Source of the DNA: a virus | Taxonomy: Duplodnaviria > Heunggongvirae > Uroviricota > Caudoviricetes | DNA: 64,000 nt | Strand: one strand, 5' to 3' | IMG/VR virus record: IMGVR_UViG_3300008261_001827 | Span: 44,894-108,893 of that record | Notes under the pieces: model-generated | Told to the model about the DNA's origin: nothing | Seen by the model: only the letters and a program-made list of their open reading frames with translations | Databases searched by the model: none | Translations under genes and position numbers: made by a program | In this document: piece by piece, positions 53,616 to 62,028 of the stretch | Numbering within the stretch: the first letter of the stretch is position 1 | Layout of the letters: every line of letters starts with the position of its first letter

Positions 53616-53905
53616 TTCATTAACCTTTCTACGGTTTCTATTGCTTTTTTACCATGAGGATGATGTGGATTAATACTAACAACGTCACCGTTCATTAGGT
53701 CTGATATGCTTGCGGCTTTACCTAATCCATCGATAGCTTTATGTAGTGGATCATTTTTATCATAAGTAACTTCGTAGTTCTTTTTTCCTCTAACTTCAAC
53801 CCAACTAGCCTGCTTTGAATCCTTTAGTTTCAACACATCAACATTCTTATCACGAATGTATTGAACAAAGTATGATTCTGATATGTATTCGCTAAACTTT
53901 AGCAT
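53612..53905 (-). CDS. Putative capsid-targeted internal protein (start uncertain: ATG at 53905, ATG at 53923 or TTG at 53932)
   Basis: Chosen start gives MLKFSEYISE, matching the leader family. Confidence 0.45.
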   Translation of the reverse strand: MLKFSEYISESYFVQYIRDKNVDVLKLKDSKQASWVEVRGKKNYEVTYDKNDPLHKAIDGLGKAASISDLMNGDVVSINPHHPHGKKAIETVERLMK

Positions 53906-53906
53906 C

Positions 53907-54284
53907 TTATCCGCCGAACTCATGGCCAGCAACGCGACGCATCTGCTTATTGAACTCAGCCTGTGATGGCTTTTCTTTATAGAGTTTGATCGAGATCTCA
54001 GGGCGTTCCTTGCCCTTGATGCGCCAGTTCATACCCTTTTCCTTGTGTTCAGGATCCGTTGTCTTTACAACACGGCGCTTGTAACCGGCTTCCCAAGTTT
54101 CCGAAGCTTCGGAAACGGCTGTGTCGCACTGACGACAACAATCAGGCGTTCCGCAGTTTACATGCTCGTTTACTGGAACGCAGTTAGGAACTTCTCTACC
54201 ATCTTTCATTTTCATACCTACTTGACGATATCCAACCCAGCAGGGTCCTTTGTTTTCTTCTAGAAATTTCTTAAACGATTTCAT
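53907..54284 (-). CDS. Putative capsid-targeted internal protein, Cys-rich
   Basis: N-terminus MKSFKKFLEENK. CVPVNEHVNCGTPDCCRQC cysteine cluster. Confidence 0.55.
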   Translation of the reverse strand: MKSFKKFLEENKGPCWVGYRQVGMKMKDGREVPNCVPVNEHVNCGTPDCCRQCDTAVSEASETWEAGYKRRVVKTTDPEHKEKGMNWRIKGKERPEISIKLYKEKPSQAEFNKQMRRVAGHEFGG

Positions 54285-54292
54285 TTTATTAC

Positions 54293-54826
54293 CTATTCTT
54301 CGTAATATGGGTTATTAGGATCTGCATCTTTAGTAACATCTGGCCACCAATCCAATTCAAATCTTTTTCCATCAGCAAACATTTTCTTCATTGATTTAAT
54401 ACGCTTTTCATATTCAGCTTTAGATGGTTTAACATTTCCTTCCACAACATCCATTACATACTGAAGAGTTACTGCGTTTGCACTAAGACTCGCGCATCTT
54501 CCTCCGACTTCGCCTTTAAGATGATCTATCAGTATGCTCTCGCTGCTCATTGCGAGAGCATTAGAGAGTTCGTGCGGTACCTTTAGATCTATATATGAAT
54601 AAACATAGTCATAGTGTGGTACAGGAGAAGCATGCAGAATGTATTCGTCTAACACTTCTACTCTCTTAAATCCATCTTTGTTATACCAAACGGCTCTCAT
54701 TTTTGTAAGTTCGTCAGGAAGGCCAAAGAAATTGGTAAGATGCATTACATACTCTGCGGGCTCGTCATTATTCCAGCGAGATAGGATATTACTAATATCG
54801 TTTGAAAACTGCTTAAACGACTTCAT
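54293..54826 (-). CDS. Putative capsid-targeted internal protein
   Basis: N-terminus MKSFKQFSNDIS. 177 aa. Confidence 0.55.
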   Translation of the reverse strand: MKSFKQFSNDISNILSRWNNDEPAEYVMHLTNFFGLPDELTKMRAVWYNKDGFKRVEVLDEYILHASPVPHYDYVYSYIDLKVPHELSNALAMSSESILIDHLKGEVGGRCASLSANAVTLQYVMDVVEGNVKPSKAEYEKRIKSMKKMFADGKRFELDWWPDVTKDADPNNPYYEE

Positions 54827-56154
54827 ACCTTTATCTCCGGGTTAGGTGTACGAAAATTCTTTTTTCTCATAATAGTCTTTGATATAACAACAAGTTCGTC
54901 ATTCTTACGATCGTATTCCACCGCTATCGGCATGTTAAGATCCGTCTGCATATCCTTAATGACAGCTTCGGCATCTACAAACTTACTTAATGATTTATCA
55001 CCGCCCTGATACTTCTTATAGATCTTCTGTATCATACCAGCAAGTTCTTTCATATCGATACATGGATCGTTACGAGAATCGGTCATACGTTCGCGGAAAT
55101 GCTTTGTGAATTCAAAGTTTACATTGAACCTTTTAAACATACGATCTACAAACTGTTCAAAAGCTTGCATGTGAGCGACTGTAAAGATAGGACATTGATC
55201 TGCTTCTAGTACTAACTCTTCTTTTAATCTATTAGTAATTTTTTTAAATCTACGAAATGCTTTTTCTTCAATTTGACTAACTCTAGAGATGCTAAGGTTT
55301 AACTCTTTTGCTATCTGTCCCAAGGTCATATTATCAACGAATCGCATTTTATATACTTCAAGTTCTCTATCTCTTGCGGCGGCGCTTTTAGCATCGCCTG
55401 GTTTTGTTTTCTTGTACATAGCTATTATCTTTTGCAAATCAATTTTAGAATCAATGCTAATAGCTTCATTAACTTTACGTTGAGCCTTTATCCACTCAGA
55501 AGCAGCAGAAGAAGCGGGTTTTGTCTTTGCCCAGCCTGCTATCTTTTTATATGTGGAAAGGACAGCACCTTCGTAGTTTGATCCTGTAGAATTATCTACG
55601 ATAAACATCTTCTGACGAAAGAAGTTCTGAAACTTTCCGAGGTTCTTTTGAACATCTTTCCACATTCTATTCACTTCAGAATCTGATAATGATCTTTCTC
55701 TCTTTCTATTACGATCGAGCGCAGTGTCAAGATCTGTGTTCACAAATATCATAGCAACTTCGTATCCAATACCACGAAGCATATCAGCTTGCTTTTGTAT
55801 CTTTTCGTAGTCCTTACCGGTTCCATCAATCACTAGACCAAGGCGACCGTCAATCGCAAGTTGCATCATTTTCGTGGTAAGAGCCTTCGCCTGTCCACGT
55901 ACTTCTTGACCCTTTGGAGAATAGATATCTTCAGGAGTCGGTTTTAGACCAACTTTCTTTAGAGCATTTTCGAACGCGATGTCTGAGTTAATCACTTTAA
56001 AACCAAGAGATGTAAGAGCAGTTCTGCCAACTATAAAAGACTTGCCGGATCCTGGACCACCAGCAAGAAAGATTGCTTTGAAGATGGAAGGGTCGTTAAC
56101 TCCTTCGTTAATGAACTGCTTAAAACTTAGCACTTTATTCACCACCGTTTCCAT
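54823..56154 (-). CDS. P-loop kinase (zeta/Pnk/AAA_33-like) fused to a sigma70 region-4-like HTH, with leader motif (alternative GTG start at 56133)
   Basis: FLAGGPGSGKSF Walker A. MTLGQIAKELNLSISRVSQIEEKAFRRFKK resembles sigma70 region 4.2. Residues 9-18 read LSFKQFINEG. Confidence 0.6.
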   Translation of the reverse strand: METVVNKVLSFKQFINEGVNDPSIFKAIFLAGGPGSGKSFIVGRTALTSLGFKVINSDIAFENALKKVGLKPTPEDIYSPKGQEVRGQAKALTTKMMQLAIDGRLGLVIDGTGKDYEKIQKQADMLRGIGYEVAMIFVNTDLDTALDRNRKRERSLSDSEVNRMWKDVQKNLGKFQNFFRQKMFIVDNSTGSNYEGAVLSTYKKIAGWAKTKPASSAASEWIKAQRKVNEAISIDSKIDLQKIIAMYKKTKPGDAKSAAARDRELEVYKMRFVDNMTLGQIAKELNLSISRVSQIEEKAFRRFKKITNRLKEELVLEADQCPIFTVAHMQAFEQFVDRMFKRFNVNFEFTKHFRERMTDSRNDPCIDMKELAGMIQKIYKKYQGGDKSLSKFVDAEAVIKDMQTDLNMPIAVEYDRKNDELVVISKTIMRKKNFRTPNPEIKV

Positions 56155-58738
56155 CGCCCCCGTCTGAACTACTGCTCTTGCCAGGAGGCATCTTTCTCAT
56201 AGTTCCGTCAGCCATACGAATAGCCACATTTTTAATCTTTATCTTCTTTCCTTCAAAGCCCATAGCAGTTGCTTCTAGTACGTCCTGTATTACGTCGCCA
56301 TCAGAAAGAGCTGCATCGTAGTGTCTAACTTTGAATAACTTTCCATCTTCGTCACGAACTCTTAGCCAAGCAACGTCTCCACCGATTACAGTACCCATGC
56401 GCGCTGCGCCGTCAAACATATCCATAGAATGACGATTAAAACGAACAGTGTCACCTCTTTTGAAAGGACCGTATGTATCAGTTAACATAAACTCCTTTAG
56501 GGATTTCTGACCAGGAGTATCTTTCTTATAGGTCTTTACGACACTATCCGTTCCCTGTTCTCTTTTACTTGGGTCGGGGTTGCCTTCGCTAATAGATTTA
56601 GTTAGACTCTTTTTTGCTGCTGCGTCTCTTGACTTTGCAGCATCAAGCATACGATCGTGCTTTCTTGCGTCGGCTTCTTTTTCCTGTGCAATCTTCATCT
56701 TCATCTTTGAAGTTTCTACATTCTCAAATGCATGGCCAATACGAGTATGTTTTACTTCGCCAGATAGCTTCTTTTGCATAACGCGAGTCATATTCTTCTT
56801 TTCGGTTCCAGTGATTTCATCTGGTGTTCCTTTTTCAAATCTATCAATGTCGCCATCAACATCTAAGTCAATAGACTTCATTGCGTGCTGACCCATCTGA
56901 GCAGCAGATAATCCAATGCCAAGTTTGTGCTTAAGACCCTTTGAAACCTTTACTGATTTGTCTGGAGTTTTTGTATGAACAAACGGATGAACCGCTGTTG
57001 GTGAAACGGCTTCACTTCTTACTTTTGCTGCAAGATCTGAGTCTGCCTTACCCCAAGTACCCTTACCCTTTGTTGCGAATGAATTCACTCGTGCAAATCC
57101 CCACTGAGTAGGAGTGGTTCCTGGTCTATGACCGGTTCTCCAAGCAGCAACACCACGATCAAACACCTTCTTAAGAATACCATAAGAGATGCCTGATTTC
57201 TCAGCCTTCTTCTTTAGTCCTTCCGATGGATCTGATTCCATTAGAGCATCAAACTCTTCAGAGAACACGAAATCTTCCATCGCATTCATGAGTTCGTATA
57301 CTTCTTCTGCAATATACTCTTGGCTTTCGTTTATATCTTTCTTCGTCTTATACATCTTAAAGCGTTTGTCAAACTTAACGGATCCGTTCTTTTCGAGAGC
57401 CATGTGTGGACGACTACGTACTTTAGTGTCTGCGAGTGAAGCCTCCTGTAGAGACTCTCCAAACATCTGCTTAAACTTCTTCGTATGAACAGAAGTTTTT
57501 GTCTTTGCTTCGGCGTCACCAGGTGCTGGTTTATATGAAGACTGTTCATCATCACTCTTTTTCGAATATGTAGCAAAATGACGAGCACGAGCAGCTTTCG
57601 TATCTTTATCTAACCCGGCATAATAACCCTTTGGTTGAGAACCCGGAAGATGCTTTACATCTTTATCCTGTGGCTTTATCGTTCTTTCATCTAGAAATGC
57701 TTCAAACATTTCGTTCTTATCTTGATTAGGAGAAAGAACGCTCTGTAGTCTTTCTCTCTCAGCAGATCTTATCTGTGGTAGTAATTTAGTAGCGATACGA
57801 GAGATAACCGCCTTTGGTATCTTCATAACTCTCTTATCCAATGCAATCTTTTCGGCAGGCGTCATCTCTGAATACTTCTTATTCTTCATAAGACGATCAC
57901 GAATAAACTCAAGAGCTCTCTTCCTCGATCTCTTGAGTAGCTTTTCCTTCGGAGCCATCTTTCTTTTTGCTCTCTCACGAGCAGCCATTATCTTTGTTCT
58001 GTAGCGCTTCATAACCAGACCACGCTTGCGTCTCTGAGCAAGAGTAAGTGGTTCCGCTTCCGATAATGTTTCTTCGTTGATGTTCTCTGACATATTCATT
58101 CCGCCTCTAACAAGGTTATATACTTTCTCAGCTGAAGATTTTAGTTTACTAGGTAGTCCATTCTTAAATGCTTCCATATTACCCTGAGCTGCAAGTGATC
58201 TCATCTTTGAAGCAGACATCCCAGTAACGTCATCTGCGTCAGGATCTCTTTCACCTGCTGATATAACTGATATGCTTTCGAAATTAAACTCTTTTCCGTT
58301 ATAGCGGTTTAGTAGAGTTTCAAACTCGCCGACTCTATCGGATCCTACGACTATGACTAGATCCGAATACTTTCCGGATAGTTCCTTAGAAACCTCAATG
58401 ATCGTTTTTGCTGTAGACTTTTTGACCGGCTTGCCAAAAGCTTTCTGTGCAAGTGATAGCTTTTCTTCATACGATAGTGGATTCTTTTTAGCATCCTGAG
58501 AGTGCGACATGTAGATGGCCGGATCGGCCTTTCTCTTTATCGCTTCCGATACTACTTTATTTACTAGCTTTTCGTGTCCGACGGTGATAGGATTGAACCT
58601 TCCAAAACTAATCACTGCCGTTCTCTTTACGGCTTCGGTCATAGTTGGTTCTGTTTCTATGTATTTAGTAGGATCGAATTCTTTAAAGCTCTTACGATCC
58701 TTCTTCTTTGGATCAATCTTTTTCTTATCGTCGTCCAT
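56135..58738 (-). CDS. 867-aa multidomain protein with N-terminal HxGH nucleotidyltransferase (NMNAT/PPAT-like) domain
   Basis: GRFNPITVGHEKLV (HxGH) and GMSASKMR (ISSTxxR-like) motifs. KSFKEF near the N-terminus. Late promoter 29 nt upstream. Internal HRPG motif (AAWRTGHRPGTTPTQWGFARVNSF). Confidence 0.65.
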   Translation of the reverse strand: MDDDKKKIDPKKKDRKSFKEFDPTKYIETEPTMTEAVKRTAVISFGRFNPITVGHEKLVNKVVSEAIKRKADPAIYMSHSQDAKKNPLSYEEKLSLAQKAFGKPVKKSTAKTIIEVSKELSGKYSDLVIVVGSDRVGEFETLLNRYNGKEFNFESISVISAGERDPDADDVTGMSASKMRSLAAQGNMEAFKNGLPSKLKSSAEKVYNLVRGGMNMSENINEETLSEAEPLTLAQRRKRGLVMKRYRTKIMAARERAKRKMAPKEKLLKRSRKRALEFIRDRLMKNKKYSEMTPAEKIALDKRVMKIPKAVISRIATKLLPQIRSAERERLQSVLSPNQDKNEMFEAFLDERTIKPQDKDVKHLPGSQPKGYYAGLDKDTKAARARHFATYSKKSDDEQSSYKPAPGDAEAKTKTSVHTKKFKQMFGESLQEASLADTKVRSRPHMALEKNGSVKFDKRFKMYKTKKDINESQEYIAEEVYELMNAMEDFVFSEEFDALMESDPSEGLKKKAEKSGISYGILKKVFDRGVAAWRTGHRPGTTPTQWGFARVNSFATKGKGTWGKADSDLAAKVRSEAVSPTAVHPFVHTKTPDKSVKVSKGLKHKLGIGLSAAQMGQHAMKSIDLDVDGDIDRFEKGTPDEITGTEKKNMTRVMQKKLSGEVKHTRIGHAFENVETSKMKMKIAQEKEADARKHDRMLDAAKSRDAAAKKSLTKSISEGNPDPSKREQGTDSVVKTYKKDTPGQKSLKEFMLTDTYGPFKRGDTVRFNRHSMDMFDGAARMGTVIGGDVAWLRVRDEDGKLFKVRHYDAALSDGDVIQDVLEATAMGFEGKKIKIKNVAIRMADGTMRKMPPGKSSSSDGGDGNGGE

Positions 58739-58766
58739 ATTGCCCTCTAAGGAACTGTGTTCTTTC

Positions 58767-58774
58767 TATTTATA
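58767..58774 (-). promoter_or_regulatory. T4-type late promoter (TATAAATA on minus strand)
   Basis: Forward tatttata, 29 nt upstream of the 58738 ATG, with SD AGAGGG in between. Same spacing as the 53074 copy. Confidence 0.5.
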
Positions 58775-58777
58775 ATG

Positions 58778-59338
58778 TCAAGCTTTTAAAGTAAAATTGT
58801 CTTTAGAAAAGAACTTGGTAGCACAATACTCTTTTTCTACTGGATAGTCGTGAGGACAACCTTTTTCCCTCTTCATATCTGGATCTGTAAATGTCGCCGT
58901 TTCTTTCCAGTCAAAACCGTAGACGTCTACGTGCTTTGGTTTACAAGATGCTATATAATCTAAAGCGATAAGACCCGTTGTTGGGTTGTTGTGATTGCCA
59001 GAGTGCTTTTTCAGTTCTTTATACATATGTTCCGGATAGACACAATCAACCAAATGAATATTATTCGGACTGCGGCCTTGATGACCTGCATGCATCTTCT
59101 TTATATGTTTGGGTATCTTATGAAAGAATGACTTATACTCTGCGGCATTCCAAAATACCCAGACGTTAGTCTTTGTTCCATGACTCTTATTTACTTCATG
59201 TCTTGTATACAATACAGCTGCTTTATTAATACGTACTACTACATCGTGCTCGTCGATTTCGGCACCGTAGTTCTTATTGAAAAGAGCCATAGAGTTGCCA
59301 ATGACGGCAACAGTTTTTCCTTCAAACCATTCTTTCAT
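58778..59338 (-). CDS. GT42/CstII-like (sialyltransferase-family) glycosyltransferase, paralog 1
   Basis: KTVAVIGNSMAL...DVVVRIN and TGLIALDYIASC...VDVYGFD parallel the CstII motifs. Confidence 0.55.
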   Translation of the reverse strand: MKEWFEGKTVAVIGNSMALFNKNYGAEIDEHDVVVRINKAAVLYTRHEVNKSHGTKTNVWVFWNAAEYKSFFHKIPKHIKKMHAGHQGRSPNNIHLVDCVYPEHMYKELKKHSGNHNNPTTGLIALDYIASCKPKHVDVYGFDWKETATFTDPDMKREKGCPHDYPVEKEYCATKFFSKDNFTLKA

Positions 59339-59841
59339 TTTCTTAACACAAAGGTTTCGTTGTTACTAAAGAATCTATTTATGCAATACTGCTTTTCTAA
59401 TTTAAAATTGTGCCTATCGTCTTCTAGTTTTTTATCGTGAAAAGACGGAGTTTCTTTCCAATCGTATCCATAGACGTATACCTTTGCCGGATTATAAAGA
59501 GAGATAAGGTGAAGAATTCTTAGACCAGTTGATGGTCTATGATGCCCAAGGTCTTTCTTTAACCACTCTATGTCTATTTCGGGGTTGTTTAAGATCTCGA
59601 CTATATGATCGCAAGTCTTATTCGTAACTCTGTTCGGTTTCATAGTCTTAAACCAGTTTAAAAACCAGACATCTGTTCTCTTACCATGAGATTTAGTATC
59701 TTCAGGGTTTAACATAAAGAAGCCCCGTTTGATCCTGCAGACAACCTGCGCAGAATCGATTTCTGGCCCATACTTACTATGAAACAGACTCTTAGCGTTT
59801 CCGACTATAGAAACAGTCTTTCCATCAAATATCTCTCTCAT
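59335..59841 (-). CDS. GT42/CstII-like glycosyltransferase, paralog 2
   Basis: KTVSIVGNAKSLF...AQVVCRIKRG, STGLRILHLISL...VYVYGYDW. Paralog of the gene at 58778. Confidence 0.55.
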   Translation of the reverse strand: MREIFDGKTVSIVGNAKSLFHSKYGPEIDSAQVVCRIKRGFFMLNPEDTKSHGKRTDVWFLNWFKTMKPNRVTNKTCDHIVEILNNPEIDIEWLKKDLGHHRPSTGLRILHLISLYNPAKVYVYGYDWKETPSFHDKKLEDDRHNFKLEKQYCINRFFSNNETFVLRK

Positions 59842-60515
59842 AGTCCTCTCTGAAGACTATAATCCATATACATTCTTTCTCTATGCCACTCATCGGCCAT
59901 AGGTGTAGTCGCAAAATCGTGGAAACATGGCGTTCCTAGAGTATAGTGAAGAAGCTTAGCGTGCTTATTCTCTCCGAACTCGTCAGGTAGCCAGTTCCAT
60001 ACGATAGGAAGCTCGCCAATAAGGCTGTCATCCAACCAAGTAAAGCGATGTACCTGGGCCCCAGTTGAGTTCTGAACAAACTCTGGAGTTACACCACGAT
60101 TCGCCTCGTGACCACAGTTCCATAGTATCACACTTGACCAGTTTTTGCGAGGATAATTTTCGTTCTTTGCACCAAGATATTTTTCAGTCATACGAGTCTT
60201 ATAATCGTGCTTGACGACCATGACTGCTTTTGACTCGTCTCTCATGTTCCATAGTTCGGTGATGTCGTCTCTTAGGATCATATCTCCGTCAAGGAACAAT
60301 GCCCAACCTTTATAGTTCATAAGGTGCGGAATAAGGAACCTACTGTAGATGAAGTGATTGCTTCCATCCGTATGTTTCTCTTCGTATCCGCTCAAGAGAT
60401 TAAGAGCGAGTGGATTAAAACTAACCGGAGAGGTTGACAGCCTCATGATTGAGTTTGCGCATACGTGATATGCAGCTGCTTCTCTTTTGTCAAAACCGAT
60501 AAAAACGGGTATCAT
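59838..60515 (-). CDS. GT-A fold glycosyltransferase (DxD)
   Basis: ALFLDGDMIL DxD motif. 225 aa. Confidence 0.5.
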   Translation of the reverse strand: MIPVFIGFDKREAAAYHVCANSIMRLSTSPVSFNPLALNLLSGYEEKHTDGSNHFIYSRFLIPHLMNYKGWALFLDGDMILRDDITELWNMRDESKAVMVVKHDYKTRMTEKYLGAKNENYPRKNWSSVILWNCGHEANRGVTPEFVQNSTGAQVHRFTWLDDSLIGELPIVWNWLPDEFGENKHAKLLHYTLGTPCFHDFATTPMADEWHRERMYMDYSLQRGL

Positions 60516-61054
60516 GACAGTTCCTTTCTTCTACTATGCATTATATCTATCGTTAAGTTCTTAAAGAACATTTTTTCTGGTTGGCATAACATCCACTCTA
60601 CTACGTTTGCGATATATCCTGTATCTATACGAGGATATTCTTTTCTTGAGTCCGTCATAGGAGTGTTCATTCTTCCGAGTTTTAAATGTACAACTTTACA
60701 GTCGGAGTCTATTAGTTGCAGCTGAGAACATGCTTTTTCTAGCGCAGACTTATGAACCGCATACTCGTTGATGGTGTCTTTATTTCCATCAGCACTCACG
60801 CTTCCAATGTTAATGATTGTGCAGTTTCTATATTTATTTTGTTCGAACAACTGATATAACAGATCAACTTGAGCATACGCATGATACGCGTTATTGATAT
60901 AGACATCAAAGTTTTCTACTTGAAAAGGTGTGATATCTTTTGAAAGATCGTGTCCGTTTGATCTACTAAGACCTATCGTATGGTGTTTCTCCGATAGTCT
61001 ATCGTATAGAGTCTTTCCAAGACCACTAGTATGACCAGTTACTACTACCTTCAT
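60512..61054 (-). CDS. Short-chain dehydrogenase/reductase (SDR)
   Basis: VVVTGHTSGLGK N-terminal dinucleotide motif. YAVHK catalytic YxxxK. Confidence 0.6.
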   Translation of the reverse strand: MKVVVTGHTSGLGKTLYDRLSEKHHTIGLSRSNGHDLSKDITPFQVENFDVYINNAYHAYAQVDLLYQLFEQNKYRNCTIINIGSVSADGNKDTINEYAVHKSALEKACSQLQLIDSDCKVVHLKLGRMNTPMTDSRKEYPRIDTGYIANVVEWMLCQPEKMFFKNLTIDIMHSRRKELS

Positions 61055-62028
61055 GTTATACTATGTCTTTCAATATCACACGCAACCATCTCGCATATCA
61101 TAGACTCAAATGAATACTTAGGTTCCCAACCGAGTAGTCTCTTTGCTTTATCTGAGTCTGCGTGTAGGCTGTGAAGCTCGTTTGGTCTTTGGAATTCGTT
61201 ATCGGATATAACATAGTCTTCCCAGTTTGTTATTCCAGCAGACAGGAATGCGATCCTACACAGATCCCTTACGCTGTGCTTTACTCCTGTCGCTATGATG
61301 AAGTCTTCAGGGTTGTCCTGCTGCAACATCAACCACTGAGCACGGACGTAATCCTTCGCGTGACCCCAATCGCGTTCTGCATCTAGGTTACCAAGAACGA
61401 TCTTATCACCCTTTCCAGTTACAATTCTTGCGACGCCGTCGGTTATCTTTCTTGAAACAAACTCAATACCACGAATAGGAGACTCGTGGTTAAATAGAAT
61501 ACCTGTGCAGGCAAAGGCATCGTAGCTCTCTCTATAGTTTCGTGTAATGTGGTATCCATAGAGTTTAGCAATACCGTATGGACTTACCGGTTCGAAAGGA
61601 GTCTTCTCTGTCTGTCTTCCGTCTATATTACTGTTTCCAAACATCTCGCTCGTACCCGCTTGATAGAATTTAGTGTCGGGTTTGATACGACGAATTGCTT
61701 CTAGACAGTTAAGAGGACCGAGAGCATCAACGTGAGTAGTTACATACGCAAGTCTCCAAGAACCGCCTACGAAACTCTGGGCTGCGAGGTTATAGAACTC
61801 ATCCGGCCGAACTATCTCCATCACATCCATTAGACTGCATGGATCCGTAACATCTCCTACGATTGTCTTAAGACCCTTACTAAATAGATCTAGAAACTCT
61901 ATGTTGCTCCAATTCGGACTCGTGTATCTCTTAACGACTCCGTATACGACGTAACCTTTTTCTAGCAAAAAATCGGCGAGGTAGCACGCGTCCTGGCCAG
62001 GGAATCCTGTAATCAGCGCAGTCTTCAT
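61051..62028 (-). CDS. gmd: GDP-mannose 4,6-dehydratase
   Basis: ALITGFPGQDACYLADFLLEKGY N-terminus. YGIAKLYG catalytic YxxxK. 325 aa, typical Gmd length. Confidence 0.85.
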   Translation of the reverse strand: MKTALITGFPGQDACYLADFLLEKGYVVYGVVKRYTSPNWSNIEFLDLFSKGLKTIVGDVTDPCSLMDVMEIVRPDEFYNLAAQSFVGGSWRLAYVTTHVDALGPLNCLEAIRRIKPDTKFYQAGTSEMFGNSNIDGRQTEKTPFEPVSPYGIAKLYGYHITRNYRESYDAFACTGILFNHESPIRGIEFVSRKITDGVARIVTGKGDKIVLGNLDAERDWGHAKDYVRAQWLMLQQDNPEDFIIATGVKHSVRDLCRIAFLSAGITNWEDYVISDNEFQRPNELHSLHADSDKAKRLLGWEPKYSFESMICEMVACDIERHSIT

